A DNA stretch of 50,999 nucleotides from Octopus sinensis (GCF_006345805.1 NW_021834972.1:1-50999), one strand, 5' to 3'. Positions 31,476-46,323 are shown, counted from the first letter of the stretch. The notes: generated by a model from the sequence alone, not told the origin. Translations and numbers: made by a program.

Positions 31476-32052
31476 ATATATATTAATAATAAAAGGTAAT
31501 TTATTAATAAGTTAATTAATTAATCAAGCCATTATTCAATAATTTCACCAAGTATATCGGCACGTTAAAATAATCTTTATAGGTAAAATTATACAAATGT
31601 TTTATAATCATAAACATAATTATAATTAGGATTCAGCTAATTGCTTCACCACATAACGAATTTAGAAATAGGAGTTAAAATTCCTTTTCTACTACTATGA
31701 GAATCTCCATGATTCTTATAGTAACGTACTTTTTTTTTACGAAATCAAAGAGAAAAACAATGAATGAACACGACCAGGATTAACTATATACGCGTTTCGA
31801 AATTAAAGTGCAATTTTAAAGTACTTTAATCTGAACACTAATTATAATTATGTTTATAATTATAAGATATTTGTATATATATGTACATATATATATATAT
31901 ATATGTATATGTATATATATAGTTAATCCAAACAAGGAAACACAAAAAACAAAAAAACACAACAACGCGAGGACGTGGAACAAATAAAGTATTATTGGAC
32001 GCTCAGGAAAGAAGGGAGAAGGAGGTTATATATATATATATATATATACATC

Positions 32053-32098
<46 letters not shown>

Positions 32099-32101
32099 TA
32101 G

Positions 32102-32186
<85 letters not shown>

Positions 32187-32391
32187 TACATTATATATAT
32201 ATATATATATATATATGTATAAAGTTAATCCAAACATGAAAGCACAAAAAAACACAACAACGCGAGGACATGGAACAAATATAGTATTATTGGACGCTCA
32301 GGAAAGATGGGAAGAAGGAGGGTTTAACGTTTCGAGCGGAGATCTTCGTCGGAAACATAGGAGTAGGAAAGATCCAGAGAAGGGATGTATG

Positions 32392-32426
<35 letters not shown>

Positions 32427-32623
32427 GATGTAGATATACAGCTGGAGAGAGAGATTAAAAAGGGGAGCAAAAAGAAACAAAGAGCCATGTCCGAATCCGA
32501 TTATAGCCCTATTCAACTTTTCACACTGGCAAGTTCTTTAACAGGAAACCATTCAGGAACAAGAATTGGCTGCTATGACAGTATTGATGAAATTGTATAA
32601 ATACGTGAATCAATGCGCGCGCG

Positions 32624-32673
<50 letters not shown>

Positions 32674-33056
32674 CGTGCGCGCGTGTGTGTGTGTGTGTGT
32701 GAGCTGAGAGAGAAGTGAGATCGATAGATAAAGAGAGATACATAGACAGATACACAGAGTCTAAATAGAAATGGTGACAGAAATCCAGGCGTCCAAACAG
32801 ACAGACTGACGGGCGGGCAGACGGACGGATGGACTGGCTCGCAGGTAAATAGTCAGGTAGGCAGACAGACAAAACGACAGGGTAAAAAATATATAGACGA
32901 GCAAACAGACAGAAAGGTAGACAAAGATACATAGACTGACAGACAAAAATATTGATTCTGTGGGACAGAGAAAGCAGGGGAAGGTAGACAAACATACATA
33001 CAGACAGACAGACAGTTGTAGAAATTTAGCTTTAACAAGGTGAAATAAATATGTAC

Positions 33057-33149
33057 CGAAGTACTTGTCAGTGAATCTGTTGTGTTTTGGTTCTGTCCAG
33101 GTGTAAGAGAAGATGAGTTTGCTGATGACGAAGATGTGAGTCCTGTTGG
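33057..33149 (-). CDS. Mucin-like stalk exon C (93 nt, phase 0-0)
   Basis: ttttggttgtag|CCA...TCG|gtacat; PTGLTSSSSANSSSLTPGQNQNTTDSLTSTS. One nucleotide different from exon G. Confidence 0.85.
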
Positions 33150-33500
33150 CTACAACCAAAATATGACATTGTACAAACAAATATTGACAAAAACACATTC
33201 TACAAACAAAATATACAAAATCTTTCGTGAATATAGAGAATGGTGTTAAATGTAAATGGAAGCATGATATAAATATTATATAGAGATTGTATATACAAAA
33301 ATATTCAGAAGATAGGTGAGAGCTTTACCAGAACGATGTATATGTGCACAACTGCAGTAAAATTATATGATTTTCAAAACAGTAATTGACATAGAACTTA
33401 CCACTGTTAAGTTTCTGAGTTCGCTATTTTTACTTTATATTGGGTTGTCCGGAAAGTTGGTGCCGATTTATAGTAGCTTACCTTTCGACTTATTTTAGAA

Positions 33501-33897
33501 CAAGGGGCTAAACACAGAGACAAACAAGGACAGACAAACGGATTAAGTCGATTCTATCGACTTCAGTGCGTAACTGGCACTTATTTAATCGACCCCGAAA
33601 GGATAAAAGGCAAAGTCGACCTCGGCGGAATTTGAACTCAGAACGTAACGGCAGACGAAATACCTATTTCTTTACTACCCACAACGGGCTAAACACAGAG
33701 GGGACAAACAAGGACAGACAAACGGATTAAGTCGATTCTATCGACTCCTGTGCGTAACTGGTACTTAATTAATCGACCCCGAAAGGATGAAAGGCAAAGT
33801 CGACCTCGGCGGAATTTGAACTCAGAACGTAGCGGCAGACAAAATACCGTTAAGCATTTCGCCCGGCGTGCTAACGTTTCTGCCAGCTCGCCGCCTT
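33501..33897 (-). mobile_element. SINE family 3 with tandem duplication of its 3' ~170 nt
   Basis: Head aaggcggcgagctggcagaa...gagttcaaattcc; body ctttcatcctttcggggtcgat present twice. Confidence 0.8.
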
Positions 33898-33943
33898 AAT
33901 TAAGTATAATATTACATATATATAATGTGAGTAAATGTTTGTA

Positions 33944-34344
33944 TTACTCTTTAACTCTTTTACTTGTTTCAGTCATTTGACTGCGGCCATGCTGGAGCAC
34001 CGCCTTTAGTCGAGCAATTCGACCCCGGGACTTATTCTTTGTAAGCCCAGTACTTATTCTATCGGTCTCTTTTGCCGAACCGCTAAGTGACGGGGACGTA
34101 AACACACCAGCATTGGTTGTCAAGCAATGCTAGGGGGACAAACACAGACACACAAACACACATATATATATACATATATACGACAGGCTTCTTTCAGTTT
34201 CCGTCTACCAAATCCACTCACAAGGCATTGGTCGGCCCGGGGCTATAGCAGAAGACACTTGCCCAAGGTGCCACGCAGTGGGACTGAACCCGGAACCATG
34301 TGGTTGGTTAGCAAGCTACTTACCACACAGCCACTCCTGCGCCT
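33944..34344 (-). mobile_element. tRNA-derived SINE family 1
   Basis: Colinear full-length copy. Confidence 0.9.
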
Positions 34345-34962
34345 ATGCATATGTATCTGTGTGTTTGGGCATATTTATGTAGTGAGAGGGAAGTGAGATC
34401 GATAGTTTAAAAGAAACACGAAGACAGACAGGTCCACAGATTGCACACAGATATGGGGAGAGAAACTCAACCATGCAGGCAGACAAACAAATAGACGGAC
34501 GGACTGATAGACTCGCAGATAGACAGATGGACAAAAAGGCAGACAAACAGACAAACAGGCAAACAGACAGGTGGAGACACAGACACAGATAGACAAACAG
34601 GCAGGGAGGTAGACAGACAGTGAGAAATTTAAAAAGAGGATAAAATATTTATAAGAATTTATCAAGTAGTTAGCGTGAAAAACCTCATAAGAAAAACATC
34701 CATTAAATTTTCTCTTAAATATATTTATTTATATAGAGGGCATTACTATACATAAATGCCATACGCTAGGAGGGACTCTTAAAGTCAAATCTGCCAAATT
34801 ATTTTGGTAGTTTTGACTTTAAGCGTCCCTCCTAGCGTGTGGTAGTTATGTATAGAAATGCCCTCTATATAAATAGATAGTGAGGAAGATAGAAAGAGGG
34901 AAGAAGATAAATTCAGAGGTTTAGAATGTTAGCTTTATCAAGTAGGTGAAGTAGATATGTAC

Positions 34963-35079
34963 CGGAGTACTTTGCAAGGGATCTGTTGTGGTTTGGTTCT
35001 CTCCAAGCGTAACAGAGGATGACGAAGATGATGAAGATGACGAAGATGACGGAGGTGACGAAGTTGAGGGTCCCGTTGG
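34963..35079 (-). CDS. Mucin-like stalk exon D (117 nt, phase 0-0)
   Basis: tttcgtttgtag|CCA...CCG|gtacat; [11 protein letters not shown]12[17 protein letters not shown]. Differs from E by an in-frame 15-nt indel and one synonymous change. Confidence 0.85.
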
Positions 35080-35257
35080 CTACAAACGAAATATGACGTT
35101 GTACAAACAAATATATACTAAAATCACATTCTACAAACAAATATATACAAAAACACATTAATGGATACAGAGAATGGTATTAAATATAAAAGAAAGCATT
35201 ATTTAGAGATTGTATACATACATGATATACAGACGATAGGCGAGAACCATTGCCAAA

Positions 35258-35355
<98 letters not shown>

Positions 35356-35580
35356 ATATATATATATATATAAATTTTCAGAATGTGATAAAAATCCAAG
35401 GCTGTATTCTTATTTTATATGCATAGAACAATATGCTATATGTATGTATGTTATTATATTATCATTTTAATAAATAAATAAGTTAACATTTTTTATGAGC
35501 TAAAGTTGATGAACCAACTATTGTGCTCCTCCATTTTCTTATTTGCTATATATATATATACATACATACATACATACATA

Positions 35581-35615
<35 letters not shown>

Positions 35616-35616
35616 T

Positions 35617-35662
<46 letters not shown>

Positions 35663-36258
35663 CATATATATATATATATAATATATTCAGAATGTGATAA
35701 AAATCAAGGCTTTGAAAGATTCCATATATATATATATATATATATAACAGACAAATGCGGTAAAATGGTATGATTTCAGAACAGTAAGTCGTGCAGAATT
35801 GGCCACGATCAACGTACTGAATTCACACATATTTTTTATTGTACATAATCTCAAGTTGAGACTCAAAAGTTAATTAAATATCCAGAAAAATCTATATATT
35901 ATGTACGTGAATATATATAATTCTGATGAGTTCAGCTCCGCAGATCAACGCAAGAAAAAGGCAACCATCGACTTACAGTAAGAAGATAGGCCTTGATCAG
36001 ACGAAATAGAATTCACTAAAGTGTGACTAATACGCAGCATGGCTTCCATCCAATGAAAAGCTGTCTCAAACATCTAAAACCGTTTTTGGACTGGGAACTG
36101 AAGCAACAGCTTAACCACTGAAATGTAGGTGTGGTGTGTCTCGACTTTGCCAAGGCCTTCGTTAAACGGACTGATAGACTCGCAAATAAACAGATGGACA
36201 AAAAGTGTCATTTTGGTAATACTTGGAAACTATGGGTCTTGGTAGCATGACTTTTTAA

Positions 36259-36478
36259 CCCTTTAGCATTTAAACCGGTCACATCCGGCCCTGATATTCT
36301 ACTTGTTTTATGTTCAAACTGGCCAGATCTGGCTTATTACACCTACCCTACAATGTCATGCTAAAAATATACAATCACATCATTGAAATATCAAAGCCAC
36401 AAGATAATATACCATTAATTCAAAGCAATGTGAATAAATAAGTATTACACTTGACAAAGTAATCTGAATACCAAATGG
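36259..36478. mobile_element. piggyBac-like MITE nested in a LINE remnant
   Basis: TTAA on both sides (36255-36258, 36479-36482); termini CCCTTTAGCATT / AATACCAAATGG match at 9 of 12 positions as inverted repeats. Confidence 0.7.
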
Positions 36479-36495
36479 TTAAAGGTAGAATTCAG

Positions 36496-37185
36496 ACAAT
36501 GGGTTTCTCTCTAAGGTAGCGTGAATTCTCAGCCGAGGACATCAGGGAAATGTACTAAGGTCCGTTATTTGTGGTATCTCTGTCAGACATGACCCAGCTA
36601 TGCTGATGACACAATGGGTTTCTCTCTAAGGTAGCGTGAATTCTCAGCCGAGGACATCAGGGAAATGTACTAAGGTCCGTTATTTGTGATATCTCTGTCA
36701 GACATGACCCAGCTATGCTGATGACACAATGGGTTTCTCTCTAAGGTAGCGTGAATTCTCAGCCGAGGACATCAGGGAAATGTACTAAGGTCCGTTATTT
36801 GTGGTATCTCTGTGAGACATGACCCAGCTATGCTGATGACACAATGGGTTTCTCTCTAAGGTAGCGTGAATTCTCAGCCGAGGACATCAGGGAAATGTAC
36901 TAAGGTCCGTTATTTGTGGTATCTCTGTGAGACATGACCCAGCTATGCTGATGACACAGTGGGTTTCTCTCTAAGGTAGCGTGAATTCTCAGCCGAGGAC
37001 ATCAGGGAAATGTACTAAGGTCCGTTATTTGTGGTATCTCTGTGAGACATGACCCAGCTATGCTGATGACACAGTGGGTTTCTCTCTAAGGTAGCGTGAA
37101 TTCTCAGCCGAGGACATCAGGGAAATGTACTAAGGTCCGTTATTTGTGGTATCTCTGTGAGACATGACCCAGCTACGCTGATGAC
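36496..37185 (+). repeat. Minisatellite, 6 x 115 bp, near-identical
   Basis: Unit starts at 36496, 36611, 36726, 36841, 36956 and 37071. Confidence 0.97.
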
Positions 37186-37566
37186 ACGAGTGTACCACAG
37201 GAGGTAGCCAAGACCTCTGATAATAAACTAAAACTGCAGAATGGCTTAAATGTAATATACAAATGCGCTGATGAAAATATCATGGAGTTCAAAGCTGGGA
37301 AAGTTCAATAGAAAACAAGTCACACGGTGTTCCAGTGTGGTTGCAGAGTCTGGTTGGAACCAACAAAAGACATACATATACACAAATACACACATACACA
37401 CACACGCACAGGCACACTTGCACACACGCGTGTGTGTGTATATATGTGTGCGCGCGTGTGTGTGTGTGTAACAGGCGAACAAACAGGTGGGCAGGTAGAC
37501 AAAAAGACAGTCTCAGGTATCAGACAGACAGACAGACAGGTTGTTGGATGGATGGATGGAGGGATG

Positions 37567-37637
<71 letters not shown>

Positions 37638-37657
37638 GGATAGATGGATAGATAGAA

Positions 37658-37703
<46 letters not shown>

Positions 37704-37736
37704 GGATGGATGGATGGATGGATGGATGGATGGATG

Positions 37737-37821
<85 letters not shown>

Positions 37822-37885
37822 GCAGTCAGACAAAGAGGTAGATATAAAATTTTGGCTTAAACAAGTAGGTAAAGTAGGTATGTAC

Positions 37886-37987
37886 CGGAGTACTTGTGGT
37901 TTGGTTCTCTCCAAGCGTAACAGAGGATGACGAAGATGATGAAGATGACGAAGATGACGGAGGTGACGAAGTTGAGGGTCCCGTGGG
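37886..37987 (-). CDS. Mucin-like stalk exon E (102 nt, phase 0-0)
   Basis: tttcgtttgtag|CCC...CCG|gtacat; [11 protein letters not shown]12[12 protein letters not shown]. Tandem duplicate of F with its flanks, 812 nt apart. Confidence 0.85.
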
Positions 37988-38494
37988 CTACAAACGAAAT
38001 ATGACGTTGTACAAACAAATATATACTAAAACGCATTCTACAAACAAATATATATACAAAAACACCCACATTCATGAATATAGAGCAAAGTATTACATGT
38101 CAATGAAAGCATCGTATATACAGATTGTGTATACAAATTATATACAAACGAGACTAGGGTTTTCTTCGGCTCCGCAGACTCATTGGAGGCAAACTTCCAG
38201 TGGATCTGCAGTTGGTAGGTAGGTAGGTAGGTAGGTAGGTAAGTAGGTAGATGGATAGATAGATAGAAGGAGAGAGAGAGGGGCAGACAGACAGATACAA
38301 AGATAGATAGACAGACAAATAAACAAATTACCTTCATCCATTTAGTACACTCTGTAATGTAATTGCCATGCAATGGGAAAAACACCTGTGCATTAATAAT
38401 TGGGTATTCTACCAGCAGTATATTGGATAAATATTATCCCTTAGTTGGTTGGATTCACAACCTCTAGCTTTCTTGGAAATATATATATATATTT

Positions 38495-38544
<50 letters not shown>

Positions 38545-38697
38545 GACAGACAGATAGGCAGACAAACAGATAGATAGTTAGATAAATAGATAGATAGATA
38601 GAGTGAGAAAGAGACAGACAGACGGACAGGCTGACAGACAGACAGGCACCTAGATATAAAATTTTGGCTTAAACAAGTAGGTAAAGTAGGTATGTAC

Positions 38698-38799
38698 CGG
38701 AGTACTTGTGGTTTGGTTCTCTCCAAGCGTAACAGAGGATGACGAAGATGACGAAGATGACGGAGGTGACGGAGGTGACAAAGTTGAGGGTCCCGTGGG
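38698..38799 (-). CDS. Mucin-like stalk exon F (102 nt, phase 0-0)
   Basis: tttcgtttgtag|CCC...CCG|gtacat; [34 protein letters not shown]. Confidence 0.85.
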
Positions 38800-39026
38800 C
38801 TACAAACGAAATATGACGTTGTACAAACAAATATATACAAAAATCACATTCCACAAACAAATATATACAAAAACACCCACATTCATGAATATAGAGAAAA
38901 GTATTACATGTCAATGAAAGCATCGAATATACATTTATATAAAGATTGTGTATACAAATTATATACAAACGATAAGTGAAAGCTTTCTCAAAGTTATATA
39001 TATGTATATATATATATATATAATAT

Positions 39027-39058
<32 letters not shown>

Positions 39059-39545
39059 CATATATATAAAATGTTTGCTTCTTCCGTGGGTATAAGTAAG
39101 TATTTCATTTATTTCTTTGCCGCATTTATCACTGACGAAAGGGAAGGTTCTAACTCTGAAATCGGGTCCGATATGGTAATAACGGAATTTTTTTAGAAAT
39201 TTCTGTCGGTTTTCTTCGAGACACGGGCTTATAGTGATGAATTATATGGTTATGGACGTTGTGACTAGTTTCGGCATATTTGGTATTAGAAATTTTTTTT
39301 CTTTCGCCCTTGTTTATAAGTTGTTTATAAATTTAACCTTTAAAGGTATTTTTTGATATGCTGGCCATTGATAAAAAATTTTTTTTTCGAAACAGTTTTA
39401 TCCTATATTAGATATATATAAATATATATATATATGTAAAGCTGCAGCGAAATGATATGTTTAAATTGGCGTAGAGCTGGCCACTAATTCCGTAATACGT
39501 ACATAACCTCCAAGCTGAGACATCACTCAATTAAACGTTCAGATA

Positions 39546-39772
39546 TACTCTTTTACTTGTTTCAGTCATTTGACTGCGGCCATGCTGGAGCACCGCCTTT
39601 AGTCGAGCAAATCGACCCCAGGACTTATTCTTTGTAAGCCCAGTACTTATTTTATCGGTCTTTTTTTGCCGAACCGCTAAGTGACGGGGATGTAAACACA
39701 CCAGCATCGGTTGTCAAGCAATGCTAAGGGGACAAACACAGACACACAAACACAACACACACATATATATAT

Positions 39773-39828
<56 letters not shown>

Positions 39829-40016
39829 TATATATATATATATAGATATATACGACAGGCTTCTTTCAGTTTCCGTCTACCAAATCCACTCACAAGGCGT
39901 TGGTCGGCCCGGGGCTATAGCAGAAGACACTTGCCCAAGATGCCACGCAGTGGGACTGAACCCGGAACCATGTGGTTGGTTAGCAAGCTACTTACCACAC
40001 AGCCACTCCTGCGCCT
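39546..40016 (-). mobile_element. tRNA-derived SINE family 1
   Basis: Colinear full-length copy sharing subfamily variants with the 33944 and 50313 copies. Confidence 0.9.
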
Positions 40017-40319
40017 ATATATGTATATATCATGTACACATGTATACAGGTCCAGTGTGTTTTTCAGCTCCGCAGATCCACTGGAGGCAACTAATCGATT
40101 CAAAGAAAGAACATGAGTCTTTGAAGAAATGATGTCTAAATCACCAGAGTGTGATAAAAACTTTCCACGCCGTTCAAAGAAGGTATATCTGTTATCCATA
40201 TTGGAAGATGTAGAGCAGATTCCCAAAATTATAATCTGATCGTGCATGTTAGCTAAATCATGGATCTCATTATCAGCACGATCTGAACACTTGATAGACC
40301 ATAAAAGGATCTCTCTCAC

Positions 40320-41460
40320 AGACACGCAGCATGGCTTCCATCTACGGAAGAGTTGTCTCACACATCTACTAAATCATTATGACTCAAATGTAGATTTGAT
40401 ATATCTCGAATCCGCCCATGCCTTCCACAAAGTTAGTTAGTATACTTAATTGAAAGTATTATATAAATATTATATAATTGAGGAGGCAGACCAGGTTTCC
40501 ATGTCTACCAGCCTATATCGCTAAATCTTGCATAGCTTTATCAGACGGAGAGTGAATACTTTGTTAGATAACAGCAAGTGGAGGCGCAATGGCCCAGTGG
40601 TTAGGGCAGCGGACTCGCGGTCATAGGATCGCAGTTTCGATTCCCAGACCGGGCGTTGTGAGTGTTTATTGAGCGAAAACACCTAAAGCTCCACGAGGCT
40701 CCGGCAGGGGATGGTGGTGATCCCTGCTGTACTCTTTCACCACAACTTTCTCTCACTCTTACTTCCTGTTTCTGTTGTACCTGTATTTCAAGGGGCCGGC
40801 CTTGTCACTCTCTGTGTCACGCTGAATATCCCCGAGAACTACGTTAAGGGTACACGTGTCTGTGGAGTGCTCAGCCACTTACACGTTAATTTCACGAGCA
40901 GGCTGTTCCGTTGATTCGGATCAACCGGAATCCTCATCGTCGTAACCGACGGAGTGCTTCCATATCAAGATAACAGCAAACGTATATCTCATACATCTAC
41001 ATCAGCGTTATGACTGAGTAATGAAACAACAGCTCGACCAATCAAATGTAGATATGATGTATCGTGACTTTGTCAGTGGCTTCAACAAAGTTAGTCATGA
41101 CATGTGTCATAAACAGAATGATCTTGGTGGTCCTGGAAAAGTAGGCAAGTAGTGGCATGGCTTTTTTGAAGGGAGAATTAAAGCAGAAGCACAGCCAATA
41201 GTCGACTCTCAGAGATGTGCCTCATGGATCTCTACAAGGGCCATTGTTATTTCTGGTGCTCTGTGAGAAATAACTTCAGTCAGACACTCTCTCCAGCTGT
41301 TCAGAGGACATAATTGTACCACAAGTAGCCAAAGCCTTTGGTGACAACCTAAAACTACATAGATCTAAATAAACTACATAGATCTAACTATATAGATCTA
41401 ATGAAAATATCATGAAGTTGAAAGCTGGGAAATTTAAAGCACTCAACTATCGGCCCTCAA
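40320..41460 (+). mobile_element. Decayed CR1-like RT remnants (partly duplicated), hosting the SINE family 2 insertion
   Basis: QHGFHLRKSCLTHLL..NVDLIYL..AFHKVS at 40320-40440; a second copy continues to DVPHGSLQGPLLF at ~41215-41255. Confidence 0.7.
40578..40967 (+). mobile_element. tRNA-derived SINE family 2 with 12-bp target-site duplication, inserted in a LINE remnant
   Basis: Homologous to 9992-10328; TSD agataacagcaa at 40566-40577 and 40968-40979. Confidence 0.9.
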
Positions 41461-41696
41461 ACAGACAATCGCAAAGGATTCCGATATATATGTACCGGAC
41501 ACACGAACAGACAGGAAGACGTGTAGACAAACAGGTAGATATTTAGACAAAATGACAGAGTAACAGACAAATAGACGGGAAGTTAAACAGAGTGATAAAT
41601 AGATGGATGGGCGGATGGAAGGTCGGATGGATGGATGGAGGGAGCGAGGGATGGATGGAGGGTGGTAGAAATGAGCGGACGGGCGGAGAGATGGAG

Positions 41697-41758
<62 letters not shown>

Positions 41759-41799
41759 GTACAGATAGACAGATAGATAGATAGATGGATGGATGGATG

Positions 41800-42672
<873 letters not shown>

Positions 42673-42725
42673 ATAGATAGATATATAATTTTAGCTTAAA
42701 CAAGAACTTGCTGGTAGATATGTAC

Positions 42726-42818
42726 CGAAGTACTTGTCAGTGAATCTGTTGTGTTTTGGTTCTGTCCAGGTGTAAGAGAAGATGAGTTTGCTGATGACGA
42801 AGGTGTGAGTCCTGTTGG
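42726..42818 (-). CDS. Mucin-like stalk exon G (93 nt, phase 0-0)
   Basis: ttttggttgtag|CCA...TCG|gtacat; PTGLTPSSSANSSSLTPGQNQNTTDSLTSTS. Confidence 0.85.
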
Positions 42819-43159
42819 CTACAACCAAAATATGACATTGTACAAGCAAATATTGCAAAAACACATTGACATTGAGAATTGTATACATATAACAGATCAG
42901 AATAAACAAATATTAAACAGACATTGAGAACACATGCTCAGTTAGTATGCACACACACAAACCACCAGTATAGCTGTGTGTGGTAACACTAGTTAATTAG
43001 GAATACTAAATCCATGTGATATTGTTTTTCTTACCTTACCAAACGTAATCATAAACCAAAGATTAGAATTATATGGCATCAACATACATACATACATATA
43101 TTATATATGTATATATATATATTATATATTATATATAATATATAATATATATATATATA

Positions 43160-43308
43160 AAACATTATTAGTATTGTTATCATTGTTATTATTGTCGTTG
43201 TTCTTGTTGCTGTTATTATTATTATTACCACTACTACTATTACTACTACTACTGATACTACTACTACTATTATTATTATTATTATCATTATCATATTATT
43301 ATTATATT

Positions 43309-43349
<41 letters not shown>

Positions 43350-43353
43350 TATC

Positions 43354-43385
<32 letters not shown>

Positions 43386-43460
43386 TATCTATTATCATTA
43401 TTATTATTATATTATTATCATTATCATTATTCTTATTATTATTATTATGATATTATTATC

Positions 43461-43513
<53 letters not shown>

Positions 43514-43514
43514 G

Positions 43515-43561
<47 letters not shown>

Positions 43562-43598
43562 CATCATCATCATTATCATTATTAGTTTCTTATTATCT

Positions 43599-43636
<38 letters not shown>

Positions 43637-43650
43637 CATCATTATCATTA

Positions 43651-43695
<45 letters not shown>

Positions 43696-43699
43696 CATC

Positions 43700-43734
<35 letters not shown>

Positions 43735-43738
43735 CATC

Positions 43739-43789
<51 letters not shown>

Positions 43790-43808
43790 TATTATTATTA
43801 TTATCATC

Positions 43809-43852
<44 letters not shown>

Positions 43853-43864
43853 TATATATCATCA

Positions 43865-43900
<36 letters not shown>

Positions 43901-43965
43901 TATTATTATCATTATTATTATTATTATTATTATTAATATTATTATTATTATTATTATTATTATAA
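43160..43965. repeat. Long compound (ATT)/(ATC) trinucleotide microsatellite
   Basis: Directly visible; source of the poly-I/L/N ORFs. Confidence 0.97.
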
Positions 43966-44189
43966 TGTACATATACTTCACAGTAATGTATGAATATAGA
44001 TCTTGTCGAATCTGCAACAAGTTCTGTAAGTCTGTGACAGGATTCATGAGCGATCGTCTCTCGCACACCATGTAATGCTGTTATATTTTATTTAATCAGC
44101 CATGATAATACTTGCGTAACGAAGCGACAGCCATCATATATATGTGTATATATATGTGTGTGTATGTGTGCATGTGTGTGTATATATAT

Positions 44190-44585
44190 GTATGTATGTT
44201 TCCTTATACATACACACTTACATACACACATACACACATACATACATATATACATACATACATACATACATACATACATTCATACATACATACATGCATG
44301 CATGCATACATACATACATGCATACATACATAAATACATACATACATACGTACATGCATGCATGCATACATACATGCATACATGCATGCATACATACATA
44401 CATACATACATACATACATACATACATGCATGCATTCATACATACATACATACATACATAAATACATACATACATTCATACATACATGCATGCATGCATA
44501 GTTACATACATACATACACACACATACATACATACATACATACATACATACATACATACATACATACATACATGCATACATACAT
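44190..44585. repeat. Compound (CATA)/(CATG) microsatellite
   Basis: Directly visible. Confidence 0.95.
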
Positions 44586-44720
44586 ATAAATATTCACAGA
44601 GACGTAGACAAACATCCACAGAGACTGACGGGTAAACAGACGGTAGACAGAGAAACGGAATAGACAGATAGACAGATGTAAAAAAACATTTAGCGTAAAG
44701 AAGATGAAGTAAATATGTAC

Positions 44721-44813
44721 CGAAGTACTTGTCATTGAATCTGATGAGCTTTGATTCTGTCCAGGTGTAACAGAGGATGAGTCTGCTGATGACGAAGGTG
44801 TGAGTCCTGTTGG
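44721..44813 (-). CDS. Mucin-like stalk exon H (93 nt, phase 0-0)
   Basis: ttttggttgtag|CCA...TCG|gtacat; PTGLTPSSSADSSSVTPGQNQSSSDSMTSTS, no stop. Confidence 0.85.
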
Positions 44814-44969
44814 CTACAACCAAAATATGACATTGTACAAACAAATATTGACAAAAACGCATTTAACGAAAATGGAGAATTGTATGAGATATAAACGAAA
44901 ACATCAAATAAATACATAAAGATTATACTGTGTGCGTATATGTATATGTTTACATGTATATATATGTAT

Positions 44970-45000
<31 letters not shown>

Positions 45001-45054
45001 GTATATATATGTATATATATATATATATATGTGTGTGTGTATATATATATATAT

Positions 45055-46323
45055 ATAATTTCAACAATTGAGGGTAAAATTAATTAATTAATCAATTTCA
45101 CCAAGTGTTCAGTATGCAAAGGGACCATTTAAGTATTAGAAATAGTTTTATAAATGTTTTTTTAGCTGCTATTTCTAATGAGTTCAGTATGCGGCAAAGT
45201 AATTTATTTTACTAAGCCCTTTTATGTAATGTAATAATTTGAATTCGCCTTAAATGGTCCCTTTGCATACTGAACACTTTGTGAAATTGATTATTAATTA
45301 ATTTTACCCTCAATTGTTGAAATTATAATTCATCTCTCTCTATTAAATGCCTCGGATTTTACCGAAAAAAATAGCATAGTGTTTGCTGATTTTAACCCAC
45401 GCTGGTGGAAAGGGGAGAGCAGAATTCTTCGCTTGCATTTTTGAGTTTGTTGGCACTGTTAGTTACGAGCGGATCTTCAGAAGCGATAGGAGGCCGAAGG
45501 GGATGCTCCTACTTTCAGTGTTTTCAAATCCAAACCAGGGAGTTCTGAGCTGATGATAGAAATGTCGATTTTGACTAATCTTGAACGTACGTTCTCAAAT
45601 AACCTTTGCATATGATTTTTTAATGTCTCTACCCCCCATACTTCCGTGAGTTGAATTGAGCAAACACTATATGAGAGAGTTTTCTTTAAGTATTAGAAAT
45701 AGTTTTATAAATGTTTTTTTAGCTGCTATTTCTAATGAGTTCAGTATGCGGCAAAGTAATTTATTTAATAAGCCCTTTTATATAATGTAATAATTTGAAT
45801 TCGCCTTTAATGGTCCCTTTGCATACTGAACACTTGGTGAAATTGATTAATTAATTAATTTTACCCTCAATTGTTGAAATTATAATTCATCTCTCTCTAT
45901 TTAAATGCCTCGGATTTTACCGAAAAAAGCATAGTGTTTGCTGATTTTAACCCACGCTGGTGGAAAGGGAGAGCAGAAATTCTTCGCTTGCATTTTTGAG
46001 TTTTGTGGCACTGTTAGTTACGAGCGGATCTTCAGAAGCGATAGGAGGCCGAAGGGGTATGCTCCTACTTTCAGTGTTTTCAAATCCAAACCAGGGAGTT
46101 CTGAGCTGATGATAGAAATGTCGATTTGGACTAATCTTGAAACGTACGTTCTCAAATAACCTTTGCATATGATTTTTTATGTCTCTACCCCCCATACTTC
46201 CGTGAGTTGAATTGAGCAAACCTATATGAGAGAGGTTTTCTTTAAGTATTAGAAATAGTTTTAAATGTTTTTTTAGCTGCTATTTCTAATGAGTTCAGTA
46301 TGCGGCAAAGTAATTTATTTTAC
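45055..46323. repeat. ~556-bp tandem repeat (about 2.15 copies) preceded by an ~80-nt inverted copy of part of the unit
   Basis: Unit starts (ttaagtattagaaatag) at 45129, 45686 and 46242; 45055-45133 is the reverse complement of 45249-45329. Confidence 0.9.

Larger units (their letters stand above)
36035..37315 (+). mobile_element. Heavily decayed CR1-like RT remnant, interrupted by a MITE and a minisatellite
   Basis: QHGFHPMKSCLKHL..LDFAKAF at ~36035-36160; GxxQGxVLGPL and SYADDT inside the 115-bp repeat. Confidence 0.7.

Noticed and set aside
36496-37185. Regular repeats as a CRISPR-like array
   Set aside because: Contiguous 115-bp units without unique spacers, in eukaryotic DNA.
43079-44075. 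Poly-Ile/Leu/Asn ORFs resembling TM or signal peptides
   Set aside because: Readings of an (ATT)/(ATC) microsatellite.
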